Assembly: GCF_009834535.1 (NCBI RefSeq)
Contig: NC_045696.1
Span: 95,358,001 to 95,422,000 of the forward strand
Reading direction: 5' to 3'
Length of the DNA: 64,000 bases
DNA from: Camelus ferus
Taxonomy: Eukaryota
Each line of letters opens with the position of its first letter. The first letter of the stretch is position 1. A model generated the notes under the pieces. That model worked only from the letters and a program-made list of their open reading frames with translations. It was not told the origin of the DNA and ran no database searches. Position numbers and translations under genes: made by a program. Positions 37,171 to 51,610 of the stretch are shown here, piece after piece.

Positions 37171-39519
37171 CAAAATTGATACAATAGGATATGATATACT
37201 CCGGTAAAGTTTTTGACAGAATATCAATATTAAAAGATTTGTCCAGAATATTTATAAAGAGTTTTATTCTACGAATGGTATTTGCTTCCTATTTAACCTT
37301 TTATGGATTCCTAATAACTAATCTGAGCGCCTTTCCAGTATACCTTCACATTATATCTGGATTTTCTTGCCAGGCAAGAACATCACAGACCATGGACCTA
37401 AGCATCAAATGGCCATTTTGTCTTTGTTTGTCTAAAACTTGGTTGAGTTTCCCTTGATAGCATCAACATTTATGGATAAATTAATTTTATAAACATTGGT
37501 CATGGTACATTTTGAAGTGATTCTTTTTTCTTGTAAAACACAAACGTAATTTTACTGAGAGTTAAAAATGAATTCTGCTTTGTTGTGTACTGATAGCATC
37601 TGACTCTCACTTCACGGTGAGTATCAAGATGGCTATATTTTGACCACATGTAATGTGCATCCCCCACATCACTTAACACAACATTAAGTACAGTTATATA
37701 TATAAACACACACACATATTCAATATGTATTATTGAATGAGTAATTCAATAAATGAGCTATTCTGGTAACTAAGGTGATGCTCAAGTCTACAGAGGTAGG
37801 GTTTCCATATAATAAATGATTGTTTTTAAAATTAACATGAACATTAGCTCTTAACACTTTGAGATCAGTTAGGTCTTCCTATTTTTCAGTAGATTTCCCA
37901 AATTTTGCATCATGTTTCTGCCCATTCTTCTACTTTTTTTTTAATGCTTAATTTATTACAAATTTCAGAATTGGCAAAACTTAGCAGTTTTTACTACTAA
38001 AGCATTACTGCTTGTTCACCATAACAGAATGTTTAGTACTGCTCAACTAAACAAGGAAGAAACATTAATTCTACCCTCTGTCTACTCATATGCCAAATTC
38101 ACATCTTTGTCTGATTTACTTGCATCTGTTTTATTTTAGCTTGGTCAAGAATACAATACGATCTTGAACAGTACTACAAAAGACCAGAAATGTGACTGAA
38201 TCAATGAACTACCATCCATAACAATAGGTACATTTGAAAGGGATATTGTTACAATGAAATTCTGTAACTAAAAGGGAGATGAGGACACATTGGTACCCAT
38301 GTGCATCGTGCTTTACAGCTCTCCAATTTATAGGCTTAATGTTGGATTGAATAATCTGCAGCACCCTGACTCTTCTCAGGCAATTTTCCAAATCATCTAA
38401 GGCAAACTTACCACTGTTTATGCTGCTGAATATTTGAAGTTTAAAAAAGGTCTAGACTATTATGCTCAAGTATCTTGCATAAAGGTCTTTGTGGTTTACC
38501 TGAATAAATTAGTAATTTTAGTTAGGATGACTTTTATGCCTGAATGAGTATTTTTTCAAAAAACGTGATCCTACATACTTGCAAGATTTATACTACCCAA
38601 CATTATTATTAAACTATGAATGCCCTTGAATAAAGATTCATGTCAATACCAAAAATCAATTGAGTATTATTCTTCCTTTAGGGCCCATAGTACATCTTAA
38701 TTATGCACCTAAAATCATATTTTCAGTTGAATTATATTATAGAGATATGAATAACAATATGAAAACACTGATACAATATAATCTTTGCATCATTTGCATC
38801 CCATAAAACCTGTAAATTTTTTATTCAATCAGAATAAAGTTATTAAGTTATATATGTTCACTAACGCTTCGTGATGATGATTATATTGAGAACAATTTTG
38901 GTAACATCTATATTTCACATCTTTTAGGGTAAAAATTATGACAATTTCTGCCTAACTTGATCTGCAGCTAATTCCTTTTCTAGATTTGGAATGAATAGTA
39001 ATTACCTAATTTCACAGTTAACAATTAAAACCAAGTTTCAAAAAATTTTCATATGAAAACTTTCTGTCGCTTCATCTTGAGTTTCACTGAAAACTAGGGG
39101 TGTGTATAACACCTAGAATAGGAAACAAAAGTGAACCACAAAGGGAAAATTTCTTCTGTTATTTTATAATTAATTAATTATGATAAAAATCTATGTAACT
39201 TTTATTTTCACTGATGTTTAAAATTCATTCTTATGGTGGCTTGCAACTCCAGGTACCACCAGTGATAATTGAAGCTGAGAGGGAACAGAATTCAATTATA
39301 TCTTTTCATACATCTACACCTGAAACTCCATCAACAGTACAAATGTCTCTTGTCCAAAAGCAGTTGTGTATATTTACTCAAAAATTTAGATCAAAAACTA
39401 TTTTAGAATCTCTTGAGAAGAAAGAAGAGCAACAACATAAGAGAATACAATCACTTATGCAGGGACATTTTATTTTGTATGCATATAATCACAGTGTGAG
39501 AGAGGATCTTGTGTGTTAA

Positions 39520-39561
39520 GAACAAACAAACAAACAAACAAACAAACAAACAAAAAACAAA
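39520..39561. repeat. (AAAC)n microsatellite
   Basis: aacaaacaaacaaacaaacaaacaaacaaacaaaaaacaaa. Confidence 0.9.
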
Positions 39562-39609
39562 CTTAAGTAAAATCACAAGCCTAAAAGGAAGTGATGCTTG
39601 AAAAGCAGG

Positions 39610-40945
39610 ATATTTCTGCTTCTGGCCATGAGGGAGTCACAGAGTCCAGAATTATCCTTCACCCATAAACAACTAGAAAACTGGGCAAAATATAGAATAC
39701 ATCTATTTTCAGAAACTGGACCATAGGCAGTGTAGCTAATGGTCCCTGAGAAGAGAAAAAAATGAGTTGAGATTGTTGCTTGGAGGTAATTTCTAGGCTG
39801 CAGTATAGGAATGGGAAAATAAAAATGAGCTTGGAAATCTCATTGAATTGGGGCACAGTTATCCCAATTTGAGAAGGCTGCAGCAGTTAGAATTTGCAGA
39901 ACAAAATGTCTGTGATAAAGGATGTGTATAGAGAAAGAACTCCAAAAATCTGACTAGGGTTCCCTATGAGTCTTTGGCTGAATACCAAATACACATGAGT
40001 AATGTGAAGCCTCCTGAGTCCAGACTAGGGACATCTTCCAGGGAAAGAAAAATTATATCAGAGCTGTAAGATGAGCAATTCCCAAAACTGGGAGTTATCT
40101 GAGTTCCCATCAGCCAGGGTAGAGATGCCCAGTTGAATATACAAAATATTCAGTAGAGTCCAGAAAAGAAACTGTATCTTAAAAATGGGGCTAAAGTAGC
40201 TTAGAGAAAATTTTATTCTAGCCTTTCCTTAAAAAAGAGCCTCCAAAGATCGAAGTTCTAAAATGTGCAACCAATCTAATGATCTTTAAAGGAATATAGC
40301 AAAATCCAGCACTCAGCAACCTAAACTTCGCAATGCTTGGCAACTGATAAAAAATTACTATATATGAAAAAGGATGGAAATTTAACACCTAACTGAAAGA
40401 AAAATCAGTTAGTGGAAACAATCCCAGAAATGAAAGAGATGATAAAATTGATAACAAGGACTTTAAGATATCAATATAAATTTGTCCCATATGCTAAAGA
40501 ATATAAAGTAAATCATGAACATAAAAAGGATAAAAATAAAGTATATGAAAGAGAAAAAATGGAACTTCTAGAGATGAAAGTTAAAATATCTGAAATAAGA
40601 AATTTACTACATAAAATTAACAACAGTATATTCATTTCAGAAGAAAAAAAATCAGTAACTGTAAAGACATAGCAAAAAAGAGGTACCCAACATGAAATAC
40701 AGAGAGATCAAACACTAAAAAATATAAACAAAGCTTCAGAGATCTGAGGGGAAATATAAAGCAGTCTGATTTACAGAAGATCCAGAATAAAAGGAGGTAG
40801 AGCAGGGGAGATAAATACAAGACGAAGTTCCCAAATTTGTTGAAAACTATAAAACTTCAAATTAATGAATCTCACAATCCCAAGCAAAATAAACACAATG
40901 AAAACTATCCCAACACATAACATAAGCAAATTGCTGAAAACTGCT
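39610..40945 (+). mobile_element. Old L1M 5'UTR and decayed ORF1
   Basis: Starts cttctggccatgaggg; ORF 40412-40672 (…KMELLEMKVKISEIRNLLHKINNS…) resembles the L1 ORF1p coiled coil; A-rich sense strand. Confidence 0.7.
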
Positions 40946-43900
40946 GTTTGAGAATGGAGAAGAGTATAGAGACAGGGAAGGAGATGGAGTCAGTGTTACG
41001 ATTCAGATCAGCTCCAGGTAACTGAAGAATTCCATTGGCCTCTTGCAGATTTACAGCAGGCAGGTCATAACTCCTTACCATTGACTTTGGTTATTGGCAT
41101 ACTTCTTTTTAGTCTGACATTCAAAGTGAACAAAATGGAGGGTGCTTAGTCTAAAGTTGAGAAAAATATTTACACTGCACATAGCCAAATATATTTATTG
41201 GAGATTATGGGGGATGTGGGTGATGGCAGAAAGTGGGAGGAAGAGGAGCTATGGATCATTCGTCGTTTACTGTGATTTTTAGCTTTCCCATCAGAAGAGT
41301 CTTTCTTGCGTATGTGGGATGGTGCTATGCTTCTTTAGTATCACATTCATGTTCAAGGGCTCTCACTGAGATATTGTATTCTGTAAATCCTCTCCTCTTC
41401 CACCTTTCCCTCCTCATCTGTTCCTTACTGAGGATGTGGCATGATGTTGAAGAAAAGTAAAGGGAGGATGTGAAAATCTACCCAGCAGGAAGGACAACTA
41501 ACAGAACTTCTAGGGGGCATGAAAGAGTCAGAGAGAGAAATGAAGAGGAGGACCCAGGGTCCAGACACTCTCTGGGCCCCATAATTGGGGATAATAATTT
41601 GATGAAAGGATTAAAATGTATGGACAGTTGGAAAGATCTCACAGGATAAAGGACTGTGGCCCAATTCCCAGGGTTTCCTTATGAGAGAGGCTACAGGTCA
41701 CCAAATGATACCTTGGTCCACTTTGGTGCTGTTTATACTGTGGGGGCTGTGATGTAGTTGAGCAGAAATCTCTTGAGTTATAGTTGCCAACCTTTTCTCA
41801 ATGACAAGTGGCAGACATAAATCTTGTTTCATGTATTCTCCTTGGGGTGTTGAGATACTGGCCAAGAGGACACTGGTGAGAGCTGAGGTAGGATTGTATC
41901 ATCACAGTGAATAGATAGACTATGGGTTGGGTATGGAGGTGGCAGCACTTGGAGGGTCTATTATGATGAGGAGCGGGGAAGACAGGCAAGGGAGAGTCAT
42001 AGGGCCCTGACAACATTAAGAAAAAAGACTGGTAGTTCACTAGCCATGGACTAAACAGAAGTTATCAATAGGACCCCAGCAACCAGGTGTGTTTAAAGAA
42101 AAAGAGAAAGTTGACTCTTTCCATATAGGTGGTCCTCAAAATACTTTAATTGGATGAATAAAATAATGTCTGAAATTATCCATATTCTAGGGATTTTAAG
42201 TGGCTCAACATATATCTTTGATAAAATATTATTTTGAAACAACCATAAATTAATCATAAGTTTAAGGTAGTTAAGGAAGACTTTTAAAAATATTTTATAG
42301 AATTTATTATTTAAAAAAATTAAAAGAAACACAAAACTTTTAAGAAAAATATTCATTTTAGAATGTGTATCACTGATATATGTCATTTCTTCTATCTTTA
42401 TGTAGTATTTCTATCTGGCTCAGACTTGGTGGGAGATGCTTACTTCTTGGTAGAGACAGGGTAGGGCACGTTTTCTAAAGAGACAGGCAGCTGTGAGCTG
42501 AGCAGTGCATTTAAGACAGGAGACAGTTCAGCATGAGAATTTGAAAAGATCATGTGATGTAAAGAAAAAGAGCTCAGAAGATCAGAAATTTACATGTTGC
42601 CCGGTATCCAAACTACAGTATTATCGTCCACATAAGTATATTGAGTCTTGCCATCTCAGTCTCTGATGAGAAGGCTTGGAGTGCTAATTGTGGCTGAGGT
42701 GTCAGATGGAGTGGAAAGGGCCCTGGATGAGGGGCCTGGGGGTACTGACCTCTACACTGGTTTCTGCCATGAACTAACCATGCCAACATCACTTGTAAAA
42801 AAAAAGCTGGGATTTGGACTAATTACTTCTAAAATCTTTGTCAGCTCTAATATTTTTTGAACTTTAAAAAAAATTTTCTAACTCCACAAACCTAGAAAAT
42901 CGTATCATCAATATCCAGGTTTCAAAACTTTCAAAACATAGTAATATTCAAGAAAGAACAAAATGAGAATTTTTTACTTATCATTTATTTGTACTCTTTA
43001 TCTAAAGTTATACTTTTCTCCACTGCCCCAGAGTTATTCTCACTGTATTAAAATGAAACATAAAATACCAGATGTAATTACATCTAATGTAACATCCAAC
43101 CATCTTAGAAATAACCTTAAGTTTAAAAGTCAATCAATCACTCTCCTGGTGGTATTATTATAAACACTAATGGCAATATTACTTGTGATGATTGTCCAAA
43201 GAAGGCAAGAATCTGACCATATTTTGTCCTACTTTATTACTCGCACACCTCTAATTTCTTTTTTAATCCTGATTCCTTCTATGCACGTATTCAGAACAAA
43301 CCCCAGGAAAACTAGAAGTTGTCTGCGACCCCTCCCTAACTTACACACATCTGCACTTTTTTTCAGTTTCTTCCAAAATTTACATTTGCAGGACAACCTA
43401 CTTTGTCCATTTTCTCTCTCCTCTTAGAATAAAGCATCTAATAAACTCATTAATCCTAAGATATTAGTGATTTGATTATTATTAGTGTGACTCATAAGGA
43501 ATATTTATTTTTAAAAAGATGTAATAATGCTTACGACTCTCCCATATACACCATTAATCCTCTGTGATATTTGTTAACTGTGGACCATTAAAGAGACACC
43601 TTTTACAATTACTGAGTATGCTTTCCTGGCTTATGAAGCTTTTCAAGTTTTAAGATTTAAAAATGTAGTTTTTTTTTTTTTTTTTTTTTTAGTATTTTCA
43701 GATAAGAATCCTAGTAACTTATTGTAAAAGGAACAATCAAGCCACTGCATAATGAACCATAAACTACATCAAAAGCACAAAATGAAATGAGTGCTGCTAT
43801 ATCAGGCACTGTCACAATCAAAGGATTTAGAATTTTTTTGGTACTCTCACTGTGCAAAAGTTTGATTGCATTCATATAGGAATCTCTGCACCATTCATTC

Positions 43901-44984
43901 ATTAAACATTAATTGAGCACCTGCTATGTTCCTTGACTAGTTGGTGGGTGTATATATATGGTGGTGTTATACAAAATATATAAGGTGCACATTATTACCA
44001 GTTAGGTTCTGGCAGCCACCTAACTTACAGGCTCTGAGTTTGTGTGCCAATAAACCTTGAATAGTACTTTGCATAGGAAAAAATTTGCATATAACAATTT
44101 CCAAATTCCCACTACATAAATATTTTTACCATTTATAAGTTATCCTTATGCATCAAAACTCCAAGATAGAGCATTTTGATTAAAACAAGACTTTCTCCCC
44201 TCACTAAAAATACTGGATTGATAATCTTATTATCAAAGGGTGGTGGAACTGAAGGAAACTTTAGCAATCATTTAGTACAGTAGTGCTCAAACTTGGTTGA
44301 AAGAGGCAGGTGGCTGCCCCAGGAGGGTTGGAGGAGTGATGTGCTGGTGGGGGCCAGCTGGCTGAGCAGGTGGTGCCTGGTAGGACCAGGGCAGTAGAGT
44401 CCCTGGGGGTAGGGGGAATAGCACTCTCTGCTTCACACTCAGGATGGCTTTGCAAGTCACATAATTTACATTATGTGCCCTGGTCCTGTAGACTTTTGAG
44501 TTGACAAATTCTGCATTTTATTCTCACTGTTCTTTTTGCTCATTCTTCCTTTCCACTCAATGGGTAATCACTAAGGAAGGAGGTTAGTGTCATTGGCGGA
44601 TGTTTTCCTAGACAACACAGTCTTCCCTGGCACAAAGGGAACCATCACCTTAAATAATTTTTACCTTAACTCATTAATATTCTATGTTCTTTTATATAAA
44701 TGAGTTTCATGCTCTATTTGGGGGCAGGCATTTTTAATGCATATTTATGGAACTGTTTTTATTTTAATAACACCATTTATGATAGCTTAAGTGATGAACC
44801 TAGGTGTGGAAGTCTGATCATCTCACTTGCTTTAGACTTCTCGTGGGTAAAAGCTGAAAGGTACTACCAGCAATATAACCCTAGCTCCTTCGGCATACTT
44901 GGAAAAATAGAGACCTAATGAAAACTCATCTTGCTTAATTTGACAGGGGTGAAAGACGGAGAAAGGGCTTCAGCTTCTATTCTG

Positions 44985-45198
44985 CCTGCTGCACTATCCA
45001 ATATGGTAGCCACTAGCCACATGAGGCTGTTTAAATGTCATTTAACTGACGTTAAAAAGCAGTCATCTCCTCAGTGGCACTAGTTACATTTTAGGTGTTG
45101 AAGAGCCCTATGTGGCTAGTGGGTACTTATTAGACAGCTGAGATATATTTTTTAAAAAAATTTCCATCACTACTGAAATTCTTTTGGACAGCACTGTA
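44985..45198. mobile_element. MER3-type hAT-Charlie element
   Basis: gcactatccaatatggtagccactagccacatg...atgtggctagtggg...ttggacagcactg, with internal inverted repeats. Confidence 0.75.
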
Positions 45199-46264
45199 CT
45201 AGAGAAACACTGTAAATTGAGGAAAATTGCTTGTCATCTCTAGGCATGAAATCTTACTTTTCCTCTGTCTCTTGTCATGGTAAGGAAACTGTTACTCTGT
45301 GAAAGAGCATCTGGTGCCTTTGCTTTCCCTCTGTCATTTCTTTCAATTGCCATGTCCTCCTGTCTGCCTTTTGCTCTCAGTGTTTCATCTTTCCTGTTCA
45401 ATCCACACATTAAACACAGAGACATTGACCATTTCCACCAATAAGTTTCCCTGATAAATAAAGCAACTCTTCCACTATCACTAATATTCACTATAAATTG
45501 TCATTCTATGACTAGAAAAGATTAGATTGTACAAACTTAAGGAAACAGCCTTCTGCCTTTGATGGATCCTCAGTAAATATCTTTGCCCCCAAATACCTTC
45601 CAAGAATCTGGTGACAGTGCCTGAAATCCCAGCATGTTCCTGAAAAGTCTGTTTGTCCAAAGTTTATTACTAAAAGGCAAATTCCTGGCTGCTGTGTATC
45701 AATCTGGTTTCCATATGTAGCTATTTGTAACCTAACAGATTAATCCTTTTAGGCTTAGAACCTGGAAGGAAAAGGGCTTTGGCAACTAAAGAGAACAGGT
45801 TGTCCGGGGGAGCTTTCATGAAAATGCCAGGTTGCTTCTGAAAGTGTAGGCTTCCTTACGGTGAAAGGAGACCAGGAAACACCAGGATGTTGTTTGCAGC
45901 ACCATGGGATAAACCTGGCTTTGATCTTGGATCTGTAATGTTCTCTTTTGTGCTCTTGACATGCTACTCAACCTCTCCGAACTTCAGTTTTACGTCCTTA
46001 AGGTGGGTCTAAAAGTAACTTATCAGGATAATAAAGGACGTGTACACAGGGCCTAGTTCTGTTTAAAGCACATACTGAGAAGGATAAAAGGGAGCTGTGG
46101 TTGGGATTACCTGAAGCCCCTGTCACTTTTAAGGTTTATTCAAAGGTTGATTTCAAACTAAAAATGATGACTGTAATCAGTGTCCTATCCTCTCTGGCCC
46201 GCGTACTTGAGAGTCAGTCAGTCAGAGCCAGGAACTGATTCCAAAAGATTTTAAAGAAGGTCTA

Positions 46265-46575
46265 GAACTTATTTACAAAACAGAAACAGACTCACAGACT
46301 TAGAAAACAAATTTATGGTTACCAGGGCAGACGGGGGTGGGAAGGGATAAACTGGGAGTTCGAGATTTGTAGACACTGATTAATACATATAAAATAGATA
46401 AACAAGTTTATACTGCATAGCACAGGGAACTATATTCAATACTTTGTAATAGCTTATGGTGAAAAAGAATATGAAAATGAATATATGTATATTCCTGTAT
46501 GACTGAAGTATTGTGCTGTACACCAGAAGTTGACACAACATTATAAACTGGACTATACCTCAACAATTAAAAAAA
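46265..46575 (+). mobile_element. 5'-truncated young L1 (cetartiodactyl/camelid-type 3' UTR)
   Basis: gaacttatttacaaaacagaaacagactcacagac...atagcacagggaactatattcaata...gactatacctcaacaattaaaaaaa; diverged TSD aaagaaggtctag / aaaaatggtatag. Confidence 0.85.
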
Positions 46576-47483
46576 TGGTATAGGAGAGAACTTCAACGGT
46601 GCATTTGATGAACACAAACAAATGGCTTGCTGGGAGCATAGAATCATTAAATCATTATCCAGAAGTTCTGGAAAAGATATTGGAAGGTTAGGATAGAGAT
46701 AAAATGGAGGGCTTGGTAGAAGGTTTTTGGTTTTTGGGTTTTTTTAGTTTTGGTTTTTATGTAGCAGATTACTGCAAAGACTGGAACCAGAGAGAGTAAG
46801 TTATTCCTAATTGCTTCAGTTTCTTGCATCTGTCTGATTTGACACTGACCTTCAACATTCTTTTCAATTACAACCAGAAAATAAGTGCATATTGTGTATC
46901 TATTTGTGTCTATAAAATAGGCATATCTTTCCCATTAGAGTTTTTTTTTTTTTTAAGTCTAGTGGGGCAGAGAGGTTTTAAACAAAAATTTTGTAGAATA
47001 ACATGACATGGACCATGACATGGGGCAGTGTAGGGTGCAATGGAAGTCTAGGGTTATCTGCTAAGGAAAATAAACTTCCCCTGTAACAGCCAGCAGAACC
47101 CAGCACTGAGTGGACATCATTCCTTGCAGCCATGACTCTCAAAAAACAATGGTTAATTTATTTAATGTTTGGGGATATTTTCCCTATGTCCTTCCTATCA
47201 TGTCTTTTCACATAAATCGCCTAGAATCAAATTTAAGTATTCAAGTTTATGATTGTCCCAGAAAATCATAGTAATAGTCAACTTAATCGGTAATCCTTAT
47301 TCAATAACCTTGTACATTTGGAGTCAAGATAAAGGATGCCAATAACATTCTTCTGATGGCTACATGGTTGCCACAAAGTAATCTTTAAAGTCATCATTTA
47401 TTTTGACTTCCATTTTATATGCAATTACAACAACTGTTTTTTTGTTTCTTTCTTGATTGTTTTGATGGTCCATGAAGGCTGAC

Positions 47484-47686
47484 TATTGAATGTAGTTCCC
47501 TGTGCTATACAGTACAAACTTGTTGTTTATGTACTTTACATATAGTAGTTAGTATATCTTGTAGTAATCTATAATGAAAAAGAATATAAAAACGAATATA
47601 TGTATATATGTATGAGTGAACTATTATGCTATACACCATAAATTGACAAATACTGTAAACTGACTATACTTCAATTAAAAAAAATA
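47484..47686 (+). mobile_element. Short L1 with 5' inversion (twin priming)
   Basis: First ~70 nt are the reverse complement of L1 3'UTR (gttccctgtgctatacag); the rest is forward to an A tail. TSD cat(g/a)aaggctgacta at 47471-47485 and 47687-47701. Confidence 0.85.
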
Positions 47687-48649
47687 CATAAAGGCTGACT
47701 AGCAATAACAAATGAGAAATATGAAAAAATCAGGCACTTTGGAAATAGCAGTGGCAAAATATGAACCAAAAAGGAATCTGAATTTTGAAAAAAGAGCATT
47801 AAAATTTGAATAATACTGTCATTTCAATAGCAGGGCAATGGGAAATGCATTTTAGAAGACTTCCTTCAAAGTGACTGAAATGGAAAAAGAAGGCATCTAA
47901 AGTGATAAGCTTCCAGGATTGGAATTTTCTCTTACATGGAATATTACTTTTATTGGTGATGATTGATAAATGAGGTGTTATAAAGCCTTTAGACATGGTA
48001 TTTATGCCTTCAGAATATTTGCTTCTAATTTCTAAAGCTTTGCAGCAAAGCTATTAACATCTTTTCTCTCTACACTCTGGTTCCAGTGTCAGATGAAAAG
48101 CTTACTCTTTAGGAAAGATTTTAAGGAAAATTAAGACCCCATCAAGTTTATATAGCAAAAAATAGAAATTAAGGGGTGTGGACTTAACTTAAACCAGTTA
48201 TTTAAAAATTTATAATACATTTAAAGAGTGACACATGATATATATTTAGTTGAGTAACTTAAGAGTAATCAAAACAGAGTAACCTAATAACCTAAGAGTC
48301 TTTATGGATAAAGAAGAGCTAAAGAACTAAAGTCCTAAAGGGGGAAAAAAAAATCTTCAGATCAGCATTTCCAACCAAGCACTATTATAAAAATCTACCT
48401 TCTACAAAGGTTTCACTTCTTATGTAGCAGTTAATTTCCAAAGAACTGAAGTTTTTAAAAAACCAACAAAATTTTATGTTTATTGTAGAAGAAATAATAG
48501 CAATGGTACTGTTAAGACTGTGACATTAAAATAGGGCTCTCTTATTGGAAAATAAAGTTGCAATTTAAGCTAGAACGTAAATGAATAAATCTATTCCCAC
48601 CCACCCTAGTTTTGCGCCCTGGTTCAGCCCCTTTTGCACTCTTTCAACA

Positions 48650-49430
48650 GTCTGATAATTAAAGGATCTCCTTATCTCTCATCTTTTTTCTTCCAGTTTA
48701 TCCCACTCATTTGATAAAATTAATCTTTCTAGAGCAGTGCTATCCTATGTCATTCCCACGCTAAGGAACTTTCAAAGGCTCCCATTCTCAATTGAGTTAA
48801 GACAAACTTGTCAGGCTCTATTTCAAATTCTTCTATCCCAGTGGGTCTTCAATTAAATTCTCTGCAATACTAATGACCCAAAGACGTGCTTCAGAGGTTA
48901 CATGAAATTTTGGTCCAAGTGCGACGGGTGCTGAGACTGCCACCATTGTCTGTTATCCTGGGGTTCAAATGTCTACATGTCATTAGACCAGAGCATTATA
49001 GGAGTAATCGTGCTAAATTTGAACTTACAGAATAAAACTCATTACTACTTTGGAACATTTGACATATTAGGGTTCTGCATAAAGTTTTATTTGAAAAAAA
49101 AACTGACCTACTAAAAGAGTTTGGGATAAGTTGCTCTATAACTTGTTACTATTTTATCTCCAAACATGCCCCAGTTTCCTGCATCTACTATCATGTTGGT
49201 TCTTTTACTGAAAATTCCCTCCTCTTCACCTGATTCCGCATGTCCCTATGTTAAATCCTTCCATGGCCATCAAAGCCTTTACTGATCCATTTATCCAACT
49301 TTCTCTTACTAGTATCATGTTTACCACACCCATCAGATTTTTCTTCCCCGTGTTTGGTCAGTACTCCACACCAGGTTAATTTTTCTTGATGGCAGGAATT
49401 GTGTCTTACTTTGCCTTTACTAAATGATCA
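48650..49430 (+). mobile_element. L2 fragment with a nested hAT-Charlie-like element (~48840-49137)
   Basis: L2-like ttaatctttctagagcagtgc...ttcttgatggcaggaattgtgtcttac; inner cagtgggtcttcaa...gggttctgcataaag...gagtttgggataagttg. Confidence 0.5.
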
Positions 49431-49699
49431 ACCTTTTTTTAAAAAAAGAATTGAGCACCAAGATTCTGAAAGTAGAAATAACTAGTACCATCATCATCAT
49501 CACATAAATTCTGTGAATTCTCTGCTTTAAGAGCATTATCTTTTCAAGAGCTTTGTCCAATCACAGGTGTTCTCTAATTAGTAAAGCATGTAAAGTATGA
49601 TACTTTCATAGAACATATATGCAAAATCAACAATGTTTTAGAGTGATTTGCCAATATGAGAAAATATGATTAGTGATAACAAGGATAAAGAAAACAACA

Positions 49700-49920
49700 A
49701 CAATTTATTGAATGCTTATCATGTGCTAGATCTATCCATATATTTTTTTCTCATCTCATTCTAATAGTTCTCCAAAATGGGCAGCATCTTGCTTTTATAG
49801 AAGAGGAAACTGATAGTCCAAGAGGTCAAGTCTTTTGCTCAAGGTTACAACTAGAGTAGGTGGGAGAGTCAGGATCCAAACATTGTCTGGGTGGCCCAAG
49901 AGTTAATGTTCTTTCCTGTT
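49700..49920 (-). mobile_element. MIR SINE
   Basis: atttattgaatgcttatcatgtgctag...ttttatagaagaggaaactga...gaggtcaagtcttttgctcaaggttaca. Confidence 0.7.
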
Positions 49921-51394
49921 CAACACACTATCAGTCAGAATGGAAATAAGGGAAATAACAATAACAATGGCATACGTCTGAACTTTTCATGCAAGAAGCT
50001 TTGAATGTTATTATTCAATACATGGAGTATCTCATGTCTGCTACAAACTTCTTGCTTGTGGGTTTCCCGAGATAACACACCCACTTGGACTGAAAACCGC
50101 CTTCCCCAGTTACTGAGCATTTCACTCTTTTTGGCTGAGATGAAGAACTTGCACCAGAACAAGTGACAACAAAAGAAAAAAACTGAAAAACAGAAATGTT
50201 ATGTCCTTCGTTACAGATACGAACATAAAATGTATGCCACTTTCGACAGACTAAGAATGAGAAAAAGTGCACGGTAGATGTTAGTTAAATATAGATTTGT
50301 AAGCAACTGTGCTATTGCTACTTAAATAGTGATTAAAGCTAAATAATCAAACAAACAGAGACAGACTTCCTATCACAGCAGAATAGATTAGAGGTATTGA
50401 TCAAGATGCTGCTGAAGTATATGGGAGTTTCAGACCTCCAGCTTGTTCCCCCGATCGCCTCTCAGCTTGAATAACTGCCAACAATGCCAGTCTCCCTAAG
50501 AGACCTACTGCGTCCTCACTAATGCATGTAGGTATCCTCAGTCAGCCCTATTTTTAGCCTCTCTTGCCAGTTGGCAGTCTTTTTGATTTCAGTCTTAGCT
50601 TTAAGCCCATTGACTCTAGCTCACAACTAGTTGCCTTATTTCACAATACTTAGCAATTCCAAACTTATCCTTAGGCCATTGAGCTAAATTTTTACTTCGC
50701 TGGTTCCTCAGTAAGCTTCGTATCTTTCATAACTTTCACTCCCTGTATTTTTTCCTTAATTGTGATCCTACGGAGTTCGAATTCCTAAATTATAAGTAAG
50801 AAAATAACACTAGCTGCAATGCATTAACCTCTGGGTATTTTGAAAACAGCTCCCGTGAATATCACCTTGAGACCACTCTGAAGCTATCACTAGGAAGAAA
50901 GGAGTCTGAACAACAGGGATGCTCAGTGGAGGGGTCTCTAAGCAGTGGAGAGCAGAGGTTCAGTTGCTGATCAGCCCCAGTGCTGAGGGCTCAGTTCTAA
51001 TTACCCAGAAGCCGGTGGTCCTAAGCTGTATATAGAGCCTCGCTCTCCCACTTTCTTATTCTACCTCCCTCCCTCTCTTTCTCCCCTCCCCATCCTTCAT
51101 TACTCATTTTCCTGATCTTATCTCCTCTCTGATCCTATACGGATTGATCTGAAATATGATTTTTCATTTCATGAGAATCTTTCTCCAAAGTTACAGTGAG
51201 CAGAACTATTTTAGACCATGGGATTACCAAGATAATATTTCTAATGTGCAAACAAGAAACACTGTAAATAGGAGAGCATTTTAATCATGACCAGTTACCA
51301 GATGTCACTTCTATTTAGAAATTAAAGATGATTCATATCTATTAAATGTAGCCATCATTTTGTTTCAAAATGGAAAAATTGTAACTAACATCTA

Positions 51395-51610
51395 TCAAAT
51401 TTTCATTATGTGCCTGGAACTTAGCTAAGTATTTTATACAAACTTCCTCATAAAATCTTCAACGTCAGTCCCTATCAAGAAATAGTTACTAACATTACTA
51501 TCCTTACTTAACGAGTGAGGGAATTAAGATTTATAGGGACTAAGTAATTTGTCCAAGATCACACAGCTAGTAAGTATTCAGACCCAGGATTTGAAATCAG
51601 ATGCTTCTAA
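51395..51610 (-). mobile_element. MIR SINE
   Basis: taagtaatttgtccaagatcacacagctagtaagt...ccaggatttgaaatcag. Confidence 0.7.

Noticed and set aside
40412..40672. 86-aa K/E-rich ORF
   Set aside because: Remnant of L1 ORF1 within an old LINE, not a host gene.
40990..42090. Moderately GC-richer block resembling an ancient retroelement (similar block at 52200-52980)
   Set aside because: Could not assign a family or reading frame by eye; needs a Dfam search before any call.
49935..50162. Exon-like minus-strand ORF (…KKSEMLSNWGRRFSVQ…)
   Set aside because: Weak donor, no recognisable protein family, no partner coding exons.
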